Assembly (NCBI GenBank): GCA_002633005.1 | Contig: NMRA01000254.1 | Span: 373,370-428,172 of the forward strand | DNA: 54,803 nt | Direction: 5' to 3' | From: Phoronis australis | Taxonomy: Eukaryota; Animalia; Phoronida | In this document: piece by piece, positions 1 to 12,490 of the stretch | Layout: every line of letters begins with the position of its first letter | Position numbering within the stretch: position 1 is the stretch's first letter | Translations under genes and position numbers: made by a program | Notes under the pieces: generated by a model | Database searches by the model: none | What the model was told of the DNA's origin: nothing | What the model saw: the letters and a program-made list of their open reading frames with translations, nothing else

Positions 1-154
1 TAGTGGTATTACACAACCGACGTGAACTCATGTAACCGAGACAGTAAAACTAGGTTAATTTATTTGACCCTGTGCTAAGACGAATATGCATCGACACGCT
101 CAGTGGTATCAGCCTGACAACCTATTACGCAACTGCTACTCTAGCCTAAAAATA

Positions 155-340
155 GCAGCCGACCAGCTGGTCGGCTGATGGCCGGTCGGTTGAAGGGTCG
201 GCTGAAGGGTCGGCTGGGGAGTCGCCTTATGAGTCGACACTGCGGGCGGCTGCCGGTCGGCTAATTTTTAGCCGACCAGTCGGCAAATTAGCCGACCGGT
301 CGACGGCTAGTCGTCGACCAGTTTCCGACCGGGCGGCCAA
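155..340. repeat. GC-rich array of GCCGACC/GGTCGGC motifs in both orientations, probably a DNA transposon subterminal region
   Basis: Many copies of gccgac/gtcggc, e.g. cagccgaccagctggtcggctg (palindromic) and ttagccgacc twice, in an otherwise AT-rich context. Family not identified. Confidence 0.55.
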
Positions 341-1445
341 AAATTTGTGATGTGTGCTGTAGTTGTGTATGAGGAAAACTTTCTTAAAAGTCTTTTCAAT
401 GCCCATCTGACAAGAACTTTAGCTTCCAAACACATAACTCACTTACCCTTGGGTAAAGAACAGTCAGTTTCAAAAGTGCCTTGCGTTTTTGATAGGGATA
501 TTACCCACTGTTCACCGAAGGAGCGAGAAGTGAAATGGTGTTTTTGGCTCGTGCACATTCTAATATTTTTGTAGTTGTTTGCAAAAATGGTGAAGGCATT
601 TGGGTGAGAAAAATGCCAAAAATACTTAAAAAAACAAAAAAAATATTTATAATTTATAAATATGTCATTGCACAGAAAGAATAAATGAATCCTTATAAAT
701 TCTCAAATATTTTTTATCCTGTCATTGTTGCGTATAATAGTACGGTCAAGTGTGTACATTTGGAATCTATGACATTCACATCGTCTGCCATGAATTTCAA
801 CAATTGAACGGCTGTTTAGTAAAATCAATAAAAATCTACATGCGAGCACGTCATCCTTCCTACTTTCTGTTATTAAGACCAACAATAATTTGCAAATCCA
901 AAATGAAATATATTTGGTGAAAACCAATACAATACAATACAATAAACCCGATAGGCTTGCTGAATGACTAGTGTGAGATTCATCACTTACCATATTGTTT
1001 CTGTGATGTTTCTTGACAGACAGATTTTTATAAAATATGGCATGTGCCCGTTTTTGGATGGATTGTCCATAGTTGTGCCATCTAGTGGCAGTTTTTATGA
1101 TACAAATAAATAACTCTAAAAAGCACACCATTTGTGATGCATTCGTGGGCACATTTCAACGCTCCGCGTTGCTCTCGTTAATATTAAATTTGAGAGCATT
1201 TATTGAATCCCTCCCACCGTTTAACGTTTGGGCTAAAAGAACTGCCTCTTGCAGCAGTGGCATAAATGAAGATCTCGTACCAGTCGTGGTTTTAATTTTT
1301 TTAAATGACGCGTTACCAGCAATGGAAGAAGGTGCAGAGTACACAGCTTGACTGCTACTGATTTTTCGGCCGAGAGCCACTAACCGTTACAGTTGATATC
1401 CTTGCTTTTGAAGGAGGGTCTCTGGGCCCGGGAAGAACTGGCAAT

Positions 1446-1686
1446 TTGTTATTGGTTAAGACCAGTCTAGCTGTTATTTTGTAATTTCTCAATACCAGTC
1501 TAGCTGTTATTGTGTTATTGCTCAAGACCAGTCTAGCTGTTATTTTGTAATTGCTCAATACCAGTCTAGCTGCTATTTTGTTATTGCTCAAGACCAGTCT
1601 AGTTGTTACTTTGTTATTGCTCAATACCAGTCTAGCTGTTATTTTGTTATTGGTCAAGACCAGTCTAGCTGTTATTTTGTACCAGT
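1446..1686. repeat. 33-bp minisatellite, ~7 copies, with a 66-bp higher-order alternation
   Basis: accagtctag recurs at 1461, 1494, 1527, 1560, 1593, 1626 and 1659, preceded alternately by aag and aat. Confidence 0.95.
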
Positions 1687-2123
1687 GGCTCAATGCTGTA
1701 GTTTTCAAAATGAAGTGGACAGCATTGAAATTCAACAAAGCCCACGAAACTGCGACGGAATACCCATTTCTTTTCCAATAGAATCTGTTTCAATTCTGCC
1801 TAAATCCCGATAAAACCTCGACAGGTGTTGCTCCATGCATGCTATCAAAATTGCGACAACCTACTGTTAAAATTCATTCATCAATAAATTATTAGCGTTG
1901 GGAGCAGTAGTGTAATATTAAACTCAGACAAAAGGTTGTCAAAGAACTAAGCTTTATTGCTTCAAAGGTTTGACTTAACTGATTAATGATTATGTCTAGA
2001 AATTATCCCAAGTTTGGCAGAGACTATAGTTTATTTTGAAAAGTGCTGTTTATATGTGCCCAGCATGACTTCATGGAATAATGCATGTCGGTTAGTTCTT
2101 CTCGCCAGAAAGTATTGTACTGT

Positions 2124-3731
2124 ATGAGTAATGAAAAGAGCACGGCAGTTTGTGGTAAGTGGTTTTAGTAAAAAGTAAGTCTTTTCAACTGAAAGCGGCT
2201 TCATAGCTGTCTCTAATGATTACGAATCTTGAATTGCTTCAAAATGATGTTTCAATTATACTTATGTTGTCAAACATCACAACTTCGGTGTTATTACTCA
2301 AACTACCTGTAACAATGAATGCGTATTCCTGTTTTAGGTTGTACAATGGAGGTGAAAGTATTCCATGTCCCTTCAGTGAAGCAGGATAAACAACAAGATG
2401 GTGAGAGTGAGGGTCAACCTGCCAACTGTAAGGGTATGAGTGCTGTTGACAGTACAACCAACCAGAATGCAGAGAAGTGTCATGACAAAGAAAAGTTGGT
2501 TACAGACCTGCCTAATGGCAAGGCAGTGGCAAACGTGGTTGGAAATTTATTGGTACCGAAAGAGAAGCCTGACACTGATGGCAGTGTGGACGACAAAGGT
2601 GCACCCGGCATTTCTGATAAGTCTGCCATTCCCAAGAAAAAAGAGAGTACTGAGGCATGCAGACCTAAAAGCAAAAAGTGCGGACCATTCTTTGTTAAAA
2701 AGACCTATCTTGTACACACGGGAACACCCACTGAAAAGAAGTCCTATAAGTGTATTGTGTGGAGCAAGTCGTTTAGCGCCAATACTCGCATGAGTTGTAC
2801 GGAAAAGAGAATTTACAAATGTTCTGTGTGTGGGAAAGTGTTTGATGCTAGTTCTAAGCTTGCGAGGCATGCGAGAATCCACACTGGTGAGAAGCCCTAC
2901 AAGTGTACTGTTTGCGACAAGTCCTTTCGTCAAAAGGGTAGTCTCACCGTGCACTCGAGGAACCACACTGGTGAGAGGCCATACTTGTGCTATGTGTGCG
3001 GACAGTCTTTTGTTAAGCGTGCCAGGGTGTCCGAGCACATGCGGTCACATACTGGTGAGAAGCCGTATAAGTGCACTGTGTGCGGAAAGTGCTTTGTTAA
3101 TAGAAGCAATCTAGCTTCGCACTCAAGGACGCATAGTGGTGTCAAGCCATACTTGTGTGCTGTGTGTGGCAAGGCTTTTCGCACCAATAGTCAGGTTGCT
3201 GCACACACGAGAACACACGCTGATGACACAGTGTACATCTGTACTGTGTGTGGGAAAACCTATTGCCGCCTTGACAGCGTTGTAAGGCATGTCAAAGACC
3301 TGCATCCTGGTAAGGACCCGTCTGCTAGTGTTGTGTGTGAGAAGTCCCCTCACAGTGAGAATGATCAGCCTCTGAGTACAAACGGAGATGAAAAACCATA
3401 CAAGTGCAGCGTGTGTGACAAGGCCTTTCGCAAAAATGGGCAACTTATGCGTCACGCAAAAACACACTCTGGTGAGAAACCGCACAAATGTACTACATGT
3501 GGGAAGTGCTTTGGTAGAAATTCGCAACTTATTCGTCACGTAAGAACGCACACTGGTGAGAAACCATTCGAATGCAACTTGTGTGGGAAATTCTTTCGTG
3601 TGAAATGGGATGTTGTGCGTCATGCAAAAACTCACTCTGGCGAGAAACCATACAAGTGTACTGTGTGTGGAAAGGCTTTTACATCTACTAGTCACGTTAA
3701 TAGGCACATGAGAACGCACAACACCAGTTAA
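2124..3731 (+). CDS. C2H2 (Kruppel-type) zinc-finger protein with 10 intact fingers (6+4) and one degenerate finger; predicted join(2124..2154,2338..3731)
   Basis: ORF 2319..3731 has repeated YxCxxCxKxFxxxxxLxxHxxxH with TGEKPY linkers. An upstream ATG at 2124, a donor G|GTAAGT at 2155 and an acceptor ttttag| at 2337 splice in frame to give MSNEKSTAVC-G-CTMEVKVF. No KRAB/ZAD/BTB domain is visible. Confidence 0.93.
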
Positions 3732-4389
3732 TTTTTCAAGTGCAGTCAAAGCAAGTTACAGCAAGGTGAGCCCTGCTGGAATTCTGTAAAGTGCTGTAAA
3801 CGAAGTTTCTTGTAACCAAATTAACTTGTATGCAGTATTGTTGTCTGGGCACTTGTGGAATGGAATGTAAACAAGCAAACATCTTAATTCAAGCTTATTG
3901 CAACTCAGTTTGAGAGCGTACAATTTGTGGAAAGAACATTCAATAGAACTTGTCTTGTTGAATATTCTGGTGTGCTGTGTTTTGAAAATCATTCTTGACC
4001 AGGTAATAGTCGCTTAAAGCGGTTCCACATGTTGAAAACCAGTTTTCTCCACGAAAAACGGGTATCAATCTGGTCTTAAAAATGTGAGCACCTTATATCC
4101 AACTATTGTAATATTGTGAGCCTGAAGTTCAGATTTCTTCCAGGTAACCAAAAAATTTGCATCTTTAAGCCATGGCACTGTCAAAAAGTTCTGAAATTAA
4201 TGACTTACTTACCAAATTATTTCAGTTGAAGTCGTGGAAATAAGCTGTAAAAACTAAAAGAAATGTCAACTCTTGATCAGTGTTCCTTTAAGTTTGATGT
4301 TATATGGAGCTTGGAAATGGTCACTTCATGTTCAATGCTATTAGCACTTGTGTTGTTTATGGTTTGTGTGTACTTTAATTCAGTTAGTA

Positions 4390-4395
4390 AATAAA
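4390..4395 (+). promoter_or_regulatory. Candidate polyadenylation signal for the zinc-finger gene
   Basis: AATAAA about 660 bp after the stop codon. Confidence 0.4.
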
Positions 4396-4869
4396 CCAGT
4401 ATTGCTGCCTAAGACCTCTGATATGAATGATACTGCTATGGTGGTATTTGCCCAATGTTAAGTCATCAGGGAATATTCACTCTTTGCTCATTCAGTGAGG
4501 TATAATTATGTTGTTAGCTAAATGTACCGATTCAAAATGTTTTCTGAATTAATGTCAGGTACACTACAGACTAGCAGTGATATTTCTGGATGCTCCTGAG
4601 AAAGAGCTGGTACATGCAGTTGCAGTTTTCAAAATAGGCAATTGGAAATAATGCTTGACATAGATATGGCACAACGGCGGCTTTTGTTTGACCTACATGT
4701 AATTTTAAATTCTGGTGTCTAGACGGTGGACAGAGTTAACCTTGACCAAACGCAGTTTCATGCATGGGCAGTAAATGACTGACTGAGAGAACGGTAGTCT
4801 AGATTTTTGACAGCGGATCTCTTTAGCTGATAATAACAATAAAATACCCGACAATGACCGATCGTAGTG

Positions 4870-5065
4870 AAACGTGTTGGCTTTGGTTGAAAGTTTGTTG
4901 ACGTCGGGGCTTCCGTGATAGGATCGGCTGCTCCGTATCGTCTTTGTGGTCTTCCAAAATTTTGCTGCCGAAAGCCTAGTCATCGCGTTTGCCCACCGCG
5001 TTCTTAGGCTTTTGTCTTCACTTGGACACGGTTCGTGTCGGATTACCGAACAGTCACGAATCGTC
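4870..5065 (-). pseudogene. Degenerate THAP-like domain, transposon-derived
   Basis: The minus strand reads PSEDKSLRTRWANAMTRLSAAKFWKTTK...SRSYHGS, and a shifted frame gives PTSTNFQP. This resembles THAP FP..R..W...I.R....W.P....CS.HF..G.PT...P.P with the key C/H residues eroded. Confidence 0.45.
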
Positions 5066-7518
5066 GACTACGACTGTGCTGGCAAGGTATGAAAAGGATC
5101 AGCTTTCATGACCGTTAATGTGTTAAAATTCCTTGAAGTTTTTAACTTAAATTTCGTTACGACAGGTTTGCCAAACTCTTTAAAGGTCACGTACATGTAT
5201 AGACCTACTCCTAATGTTAAGCGGTTATAAATTCGTCCTCCGTCACAATAGAAACCGCGTGCTGTTACGAAATTGGTCTCGAATTGTTCCTTAATCAAAA
5301 AGCATGAAGGTGTGATCACTGGGTGTTGTAAAAACTGACAACTCTTTTGTTTGAGACGAAGCTCTACAAGTTGACCAGTTATTTATAAAATCAAAAGCAA
5401 CTTCTCATTTTAATGAAAACAAATTGAGACTAATTCTATGGGGGTACATTGTCTAAATCGCAAGTTAATTCAGTTTGACGGAACTGATCGCGCATTTGCG
5501 CTTGAAGCGATGACGTTGATGTATCGGAAGAGGTGATAGGGCTGGCGAGAATGTTTATAAGGCGGCTATAAATTGTAAAGATCTTTCTTTATTATGCATA
5601 TTTTCGAAAAAAAATCTTTATTTATGCCAGCATTCGGCTGGCGTCACCAATAAAAGTATGATAATTATCGTGGCTTTTTCTGAACAGACAAGAGCAATTT
5701 CAATACATGTGCTGTCACGATAGATACCACCATAAACCTCATGTAATCACTGTTTTTATATTTTTTGTCAACTGGATCTGTTATGTGTACAAGAGTACTC
5801 GGAAGTTGTTTTCCCTAGGTTGGTGAGAAGCCATATGAAAATGCTGGTGTGGTCAATTTTTTGTCACAAAATATATGTAGTCATAATTCGCATTGTGGGA
5901 GAGAACGCATTGGGGAATTTTAGAGTTGTATTGTGATTAAAAATCCTTATGCCACCTTAGCGATCTTGAAAAGCATGTGGTAAAAGAACCATCAGTTAGA
6001 CGCACGTTGGAGCGGTGTAATGTAACTGCCAAGAAAGTGTTTGCACACATTCTGACCTACACTGTACATGTAAGATCATACACGTACATGTACACTCAAG
6101 TCGTCAAATGCGTAGTGTTATTTCTGAATTGTTCATTGAAATAGAAAACTATAAGTTTTTGCTCAGTTGAAGTATTTTCTGGAAGTGGGAGAATTTTATT
6201 TTTGACTTTCTCTAACCTGTTACAATTTGAGTCACGTGGCCTTGTCTTTTTGTAAATTTAACAAATGATAACAGAAGAACGGAATCAATAGCGTGTCGAC
6301 ATTTTATTTGACAAGTATTACTGTTCAAGACGAGGTCTCAAAAACTATTAACAATTAGTTTTCGCTTTATGTAACTTAAGAGTTTTCCATGACAATGGTG
6401 GAAGTTGTATGAACGAACATCTTAAATAAACTCCAGACAGCTTTTTGGAGAACAGTGCAATAAACAAAGTATAAGAAAGTTTCATATGCCATGAATCCCT
6501 GCGATTTGCCATTTGTGAGTTTTTATTTTCCGAATTTGCTAAATTTCGACATTTTTCTAGTGTCCTACACAGCCACGAATACTAGTGTGTAATACAAAAA
6601 TATGTCAATACAAAAATACATAGTTTTGTAGACGTAGATTTGTCAATAACGTCTAAACGCAGACCTCACCCTTTGCACTTCAGTAAATATGGTTGAACTA
6701 CAAAGCTACAGGAACATGATATCTCGTTAGGCGAGACTACAGTTGCTATAGTTTGTAAGCGATACATAGAACACTAGAACTTCTTGAGGGCTCAACAAAG
6801 AGGCGAAGCTTCACAGAACAATTCCCAAACACGGATTCACACGCCGTAATAAAAATAACAAATACAAACAAAGAGCTCCATCCCTAAGCATGAACCACAA
6901 ACGGTTTTACTTAGACTTAAAACAAGACTTAATAACGAGTTTGTTACGCTTGCAGCTAAAGAGAGTGACTGTTCAAACGGTCGGAGTACCAGCTAATACT
7001 GTCATTACGTCCACACCAACCACAGCAAGGACAGAATGCGAGATCCTCTGATCTCGCGAATCTGTCTGTCATCTACTCTACTACTATAGTACTGTCATTG
7101 GGTTTGCTCAGTATTTTTGATATAAAGTACTGCTTGACGAATCAATCATTTTCATCTACACTTCAAATACTGTTAAAGGATAATAACAAAAATTAAAAGT
7201 TGACGTGTGCCAGTGATTATCTGAGCGTTGAGGGTCTCTTGAGCCTCATTACCATATGCGATTATCAGTATACGTGATACGCTGCTAGGTAAGCCTACAT
7301 AAAAACTGATTTTAGTTACACCATTTGACACAGTCATTTACCTCAACATCACACAGCTCGAGTACCTGAAATATTCCTTTCTCGACAGGTATCTGAATAA
7401 CCACGTAACGGCCATAGGTAGGGACCTGCTTGCATTCAAAAGTCATAGTTGCTCCATCAGGAAAAGTTCCATTGACGAAGTTGCATAACTTATAACTGTC
7501 TTGACATCTATTATATGA

Positions 7519-7565
7519 ATTATGTAGGATGAAGTGTTAAAATACTTCACTTCACCCTACATAAT
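7519..7565. repeat. Short inverted repeat (18-bp stem, 1 mismatch) in a lectin gene intron
   Basis: attatgtaggatgaagtg (7519-7536) pairs with cacttcaccctacataat (7548-7565). Confidence 0.8.
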
Positions 7566-8297
7566 CTAGTGAAAAAACAGTTTAGCTGTCTTTACCAAAG
7601 ACAAATTTCTATAATTCTTTCCACTGCAATTGAGGACGTAGATTTTGAGTTGACAATTAGCTTGACTAATATCCTGCAGAGTACGCCGAATACATGCCTA
7701 ATATTTGCAAGTGCCTGTTGTTTTGGTGCGAATGTCTGTACAAAACATAGTTTAGACACAAGCGTATAGTACATCTTGCTTTACCTCAACTATTTCCGTG
7801 CCGACAAAATGTATTTTTCTTACGATGTGCACCAGTGTTATTGATAGTAAAACTTGTGATACGACAAACGGCCTCCAATTCGATATGTCACCATGGGTTC
7901 GTCTCTTCCTTTCTGCTAGAACACGTTCCATCGACGAAGTCGACAGCCTTCGAGGACGAGAGCTTATAGTCTTTAGTACATGTATTTTTCGGACTCGATT
8001 GCTTGGTTGTACTCTCTTCTGATATAAGACCTGTGTAGCAATACAACGGACCAGGAATCCAATATAGGCAAAATGCACAAAGACAACAAAACTTATCGCA
8101 AAAGTATTCTATGTCATATTTTTGTCGTTGTTAACTTTTGGCAGCTATGAAAGTTCACGCATGAAAAATACAGTACATGCTGTACAGCCAATAATGCCCG
8201 TAACTGAAATTCTTGCATCGGGATAAGGTGAGTGACCCAAGTTTGCTGAATATTTTTCTAAAAAAATCCTTTTCAATAGTTGAACATGCGTAGATCC

Positions 8298-8444
8298 CAG
8301 GGGCGGATACAGGATTTTGAGTTAGNATTCAGAGTTATCAGCCAGGATTTTGCACGTCAGACATTCACTGCCCCCGGATGGGATCTGCGTGAATTTTAAG
8401 CCGGAAGGCCATGGCCCCCTTGGTCCCCTCTAAATCCGCCACTG
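8298..8444. mobile_element. hAT-like MITE ends (CAG(G/T)GGCGGAT termini)
   Basis: CAGGGGCGGAT at 8298 and ATCCGCCACTG ending at 8444, with an N at 8326 between them. The same terminus occurs at 54121 (cagtggcggattt...ggggccatgcccc) and ends at ~52423. Confidence 0.55.
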
Positions 8445-10369
8445 GTTCCCTATATTTACCTGCACTGCATAGCCATTTTGTGACTCCGACTTTTTCAAAG
8501 TACATCCACATTTTATCTTTAACAAAAGATCCTGGGCAGCTGTCGTTACAGTATTTCTGACAAAAGCTGGAACTGCTGCACCACCTAAACTCCTCGCACT
8601 TCGTATCATGTTCACATTCTGCTGCGCAGTGAAGCTGACACGTAACAGTTACGTTAGTAGTGCCAGGGGTATGTCGCCTTTGATAAGTCATTTGAAAAGT
8701 AGCGCCCGCACGTACATGTACTTTGAGCAAAAGAGTGGCCGCAATTATGATACCAACACGAGCAAAGAAGAGTGCGGTGCAATAACGCGACCAGCTACTG
8801 TAGCAGTAATGTCACGATGATGCGGTTGCCTCAGTATGCCTTTGCATATAGGTCTACTCAAACATGTTCTAACTTGCCAATCAAGCTGATAATTATGACC
8901 AATAAAGGTACGGAAATATCATTGTCCGACAAACCTTTGAATCCATTAGAAAGCGAAAGGATGGTTCTGCGAGGTGCCCTTCGTACTTACAATGCAGATC
9001 AACGATTTATGGAAACGAACTATGAAAAAATATCTTTCACTGATAAAAGGATGTAGCAGACTTCACTTTCGGCTGAATTTACTTCTTGAGAAACAAACAC
9101 ATTCATTTGGTGAAAGAGATCTACCTTTATAACGTGTCAGGAGATGTACATCATTTTCTTTGCTAGTATCTACGGGTAGCAGGTGGAACATGTTTGTGTA
9201 ACTGCGCACGTGATTTACTGATACGCATCCTCGTCGGTAACCCAACAGCTAACACTAGACCCCTATACTGCACACTACTTTCGAAACATTCCGATGCAGT
9301 CAAATGGCGTAATGTGAAATAGTTTACCAGAGTACTGTTTTGATATTTTTCGGTTTATTTGTGCTCTCGGTTTACAAACCGTGACCAATGTTGTAGACTG
9401 TTGAATAAATATGTCCAGAATAAGGAGACTGGTGTGAACTACATTAAAAAACATCATCGCCCTCAAAATATTGTTTAATGCTGTTTTAACGTTGACGTCA
9501 TTTCAGCAGGTGGAAGTTGGGCAATCGTCAAACCAATTCCGAAGAGTGTTGAAAATCAGTCCGTTTACCGTTCAAGTATTCGTAGAACTACTTTGTTTTC
9601 TAGTGTTGAGAAGTTATCTACAAGTATTTTCAATCGCAGAATTATGAAGTTTGTCAATAAAAAATCTACTGTTCGGTGAACAACACTGTTTACGGCCCGA
9701 TAGAGTCTTGTCTTCTGTAACCCCGCAGTAGACAAAACAAAACAAAACAAACCAAAATCCAGCCTTTTTGTTTTATGTGTAGACGGAATAGCTTTTAAAA
9801 TTTCGTATTGCAAGCCAAATATACATGTACTTGTACAAACCCAAAACCTTTAAAATCAAGCCCCATATGTCATCACACTATGGTAGATCTGTTTTCATTT
9901 TTTCCAATGAATGATTAAAGTTCTGGGACCTATAAATGCGATACAGCCCACAATAGATATCAGCGGTGACTTCTAGATGTATGCCGACTTTGCCTCAAAT
10001 GTACATGTAGGAGTAGACGGCGATTTGGCCTTGGACTGCAGAGTTCCGTAGACGCAAAAATCTCGCGAATTGAGGCACTTTTTGTGATCATACACTTCGC
10101 TTTTAAGACGTGGCGATATCTCACTAAGTCTTGTGTATTGTAACGTTTTTTGCGAAGCTCACGCCCGTTTCTTTGAGACGAAAATCTTAGACGATCAGAC
10201 ATTTTAATGAATGATAACGTTCTTACTAAAAGTTTATTCCTTTGGGATTGTGGATTATGACGATAAAAACAGAACGGGGAGAGGGGGGTGGTCTTTCGAG
10301 ACAAAATCAAACTAAATATTATTTTGGGTTTTCTTTAGTCAGCTTTTTCGCGAACTCAAGGTAAATGTC

Positions 10370-10681
10370 TTTTATGATATGCTCGAGTTCATAATGGCTT
10401 ACGTGGATAACTTTCAAAACATAGTTTGCACCCGATGAGAACAGTTCTAAATCTAAAATTCCATTCTGAACTCAAAATTTCGTGTTTTACTGAGTTTGTA
10501 GCTTGAATATAGTGGTCATAAAGTGCAAGCTTAGACCAAAAACTCACATGTACATGTATAAGGCGAGATGTACTCGAACACCGATCAATAACCACTTATC
10601 TTGAGTACACACGAAAGTAGAACAGAAAATGCAAAAATTGATTTCGAGTTTGATTTTGACAACAAATGCTAGACCCTGGCC
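10370..10681. mobile_element. Diverged copy of the Harbinger-type MITE family at 14272 and 53174
   Basis: cttatcttgagt...aaaatg..aaa...atttcga...ctggcc aligns with 53503-53590. Confidence 0.6.
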
Positions 10682-11723
10682 TCTTCTCATCAAAACTGAA
10701 ATATATGTCTATACAATTCTTAAGACAGAAAATACTTTTCTTCACTAGTGCTTTTTAACAGCCTTTAATTGTTTTGACAGGGTTATTTGAATTTTGACCT
10801 ATGCAATCCGTACCTGAAGTGTATTAGGTGCCATTAAATTAATGAGTGCCATCTGTTGACCAATCTTTGTTTTCACCCATTCTTCAATCCACTGCAGATT
10901 TTAACAAGTTTGCGCACAATTTGAAACAAGTTATCATATTGGTTAAACTTTATTGATAGACTTTAGTACTTTATTAGCAACAAGCCACATTTTCAGGACG
11001 TTTTGCTTTGGCGAAGTTGTCACCAGTCTCCCCAAAAGAGATGTCACTTTAAACGGAACAACAATCGAGCAAGCACCTTTTGCTCCAGACACTAACGTAC
11101 CGCTTTGAAATCGACGTCTTACCTTTTGATTCAAAAGCAGGAAAGTGATGCAAGAGGGTGACGTTCAATTCATTGTGTAGTTTTAAGCGGCTGTAACGGA
11201 CAAAACAGGTGTCATTTGAATGACAGAATTTCAAAATATTACACACGTTTTGTGTCCTAGATCTTGGCCTACGTTGCCTTGCTAGAGGACCACTGTGAGC
11301 TGGAAAGGCGAGCGTCCTTAAATTTCACCCACACCGTTCAGCTGTGTTTTGACGTACAGTCACACACAGCTACCTAACTGTCTGTGCGTTGGGTTGATAT
11401 CAGAACTGAAGAATGTATCTATTTTTCGAACGCGGAAAGGTTATAAATTCTTATATTTGTGATCTGTTTAAAACACAAGGGGCGGTAGTTTGGAAACTTC
11501 TTTATTTAAATCTCAAGTTTGAAAAAGTAGTGAATTTTTATGTGAAAAATTCCAAGAACAGAAGATAACCAGGGCAATAGCCAGGTATTAAAGAATGTAA
11601 CGTCTTCTCATTTGAAATGAGCTTTTCTCAAATAAATGAGCTTCGAAAAAAGGACTTAAATTGAATACTTAATAAGGTATTGCCCAGACAATGCCATACT
11701 TGCAAATTCATTAAACGGTCTAT

Positions 11724-11755
11724 CCTATATATATATATATATATTTACACACTCT

Positions 11756-11790
<35 letters not shown>

Positions 11791-11844
11791 GATATACCAT
11801 ATTCATTAATATATAGGATATACCAAACTCATTAATGGTTCTAT

Positions 11845-11879
<35 letters not shown>

Positions 11880-11892
11880 CGATTAATGAAAT

Positions 11893-11928
<36 letters not shown>

Positions 11929-12442
11929 CACTTAACAGAACGACGTCACTGGTATACCATATATATATATATATATATATATATATGGTATACCAGTGAC
12001 GTTCTGTTAAGTGTTCTATATATATATATATATATATACATGTATTTACACACTCACACACACACACGTATATATATATATATATATATAGACCACTGAC
12101 TTCATTCGTTTGAGCGGTTTATCCTATATATATATATATATATATATATAGGATAAACCGCTCAACGTCACTGGTATACCATATATATATATATATATAT
12201 ATATATGGTATATAAGTGACGTCGTTCTGTTAAGTGGTCTATATATATATATATATATCAATTTCATTAATCGGTCTATATATATATATATAGGATAGAC
12301 CGATTAATGAGTTTGGTATATCCGATATATATATATATATATATATATATTAATGAATATGGTATACATGTATATATAAAGGATATACATGTACCACTGA
12401 CGTCAATCGTTTGAGTGGTCTATCCTGTATATAAATCATATC

Positions 12443-12483
<41 letters not shown>

Positions 12484-12490
12484 ATATAGG
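11724..12490. repeat. Compound (TA)n/(CA)n microsatellite with short spacer modules in inverted arrangement
   Basis: Many (TA)n tracts separated by 15-35 bp modules that recur as reverse complements, e.g. gaccgattaatgaaattga / tcaatttcattaatcggtc and gaccacttaacagaacgacgtcact / agtgacgtcgttctgttaagtggtc. Confidence 0.9.

Larger units (their letters stand above)
7312..8790 (-). pseudogene. Secreted PAN/Apple + F-type lectin (fucolectin) domain gene, spliced, with an in-frame TGA; probable pseudogene or null allele
   Basis: Exon ~8790-8460 encodes a hydrophobic leader GIIIAATLLL and a PAN-like CAAECEHDTKCEEFRWCSSSSFC, ending at donor G|GTAAAT. Exon 8030-7824 reads GLISEESTTKQSS...KAVDFVDGTCSSRKEETNPW*HIELEAVCRITSFTINN, ending at donor GTAAG. 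The last exon ~7495-7312 reads LCNFVNGTFPDGATMTFECKQVPTYGRYVVIQIP...LELCDVEV, the F-type lectin C-terminus. The start exon and the phase of a possible middle exon (~7673-7596) are unresolved. Confidence 0.8.

Noticed and set aside
1446-1686. CRISPR-like array
   Set aside because: Units are contiguous tandem repeats without unique spacers, the context is eukaryotic and there are no cas genes. The same applies to 48821-49520.
2440-3749. Overlapping alternative-frame and antisense ORFs in the zinc-finger gene
   Set aside because: Shadow ORFs of a repetitive coding sequence.
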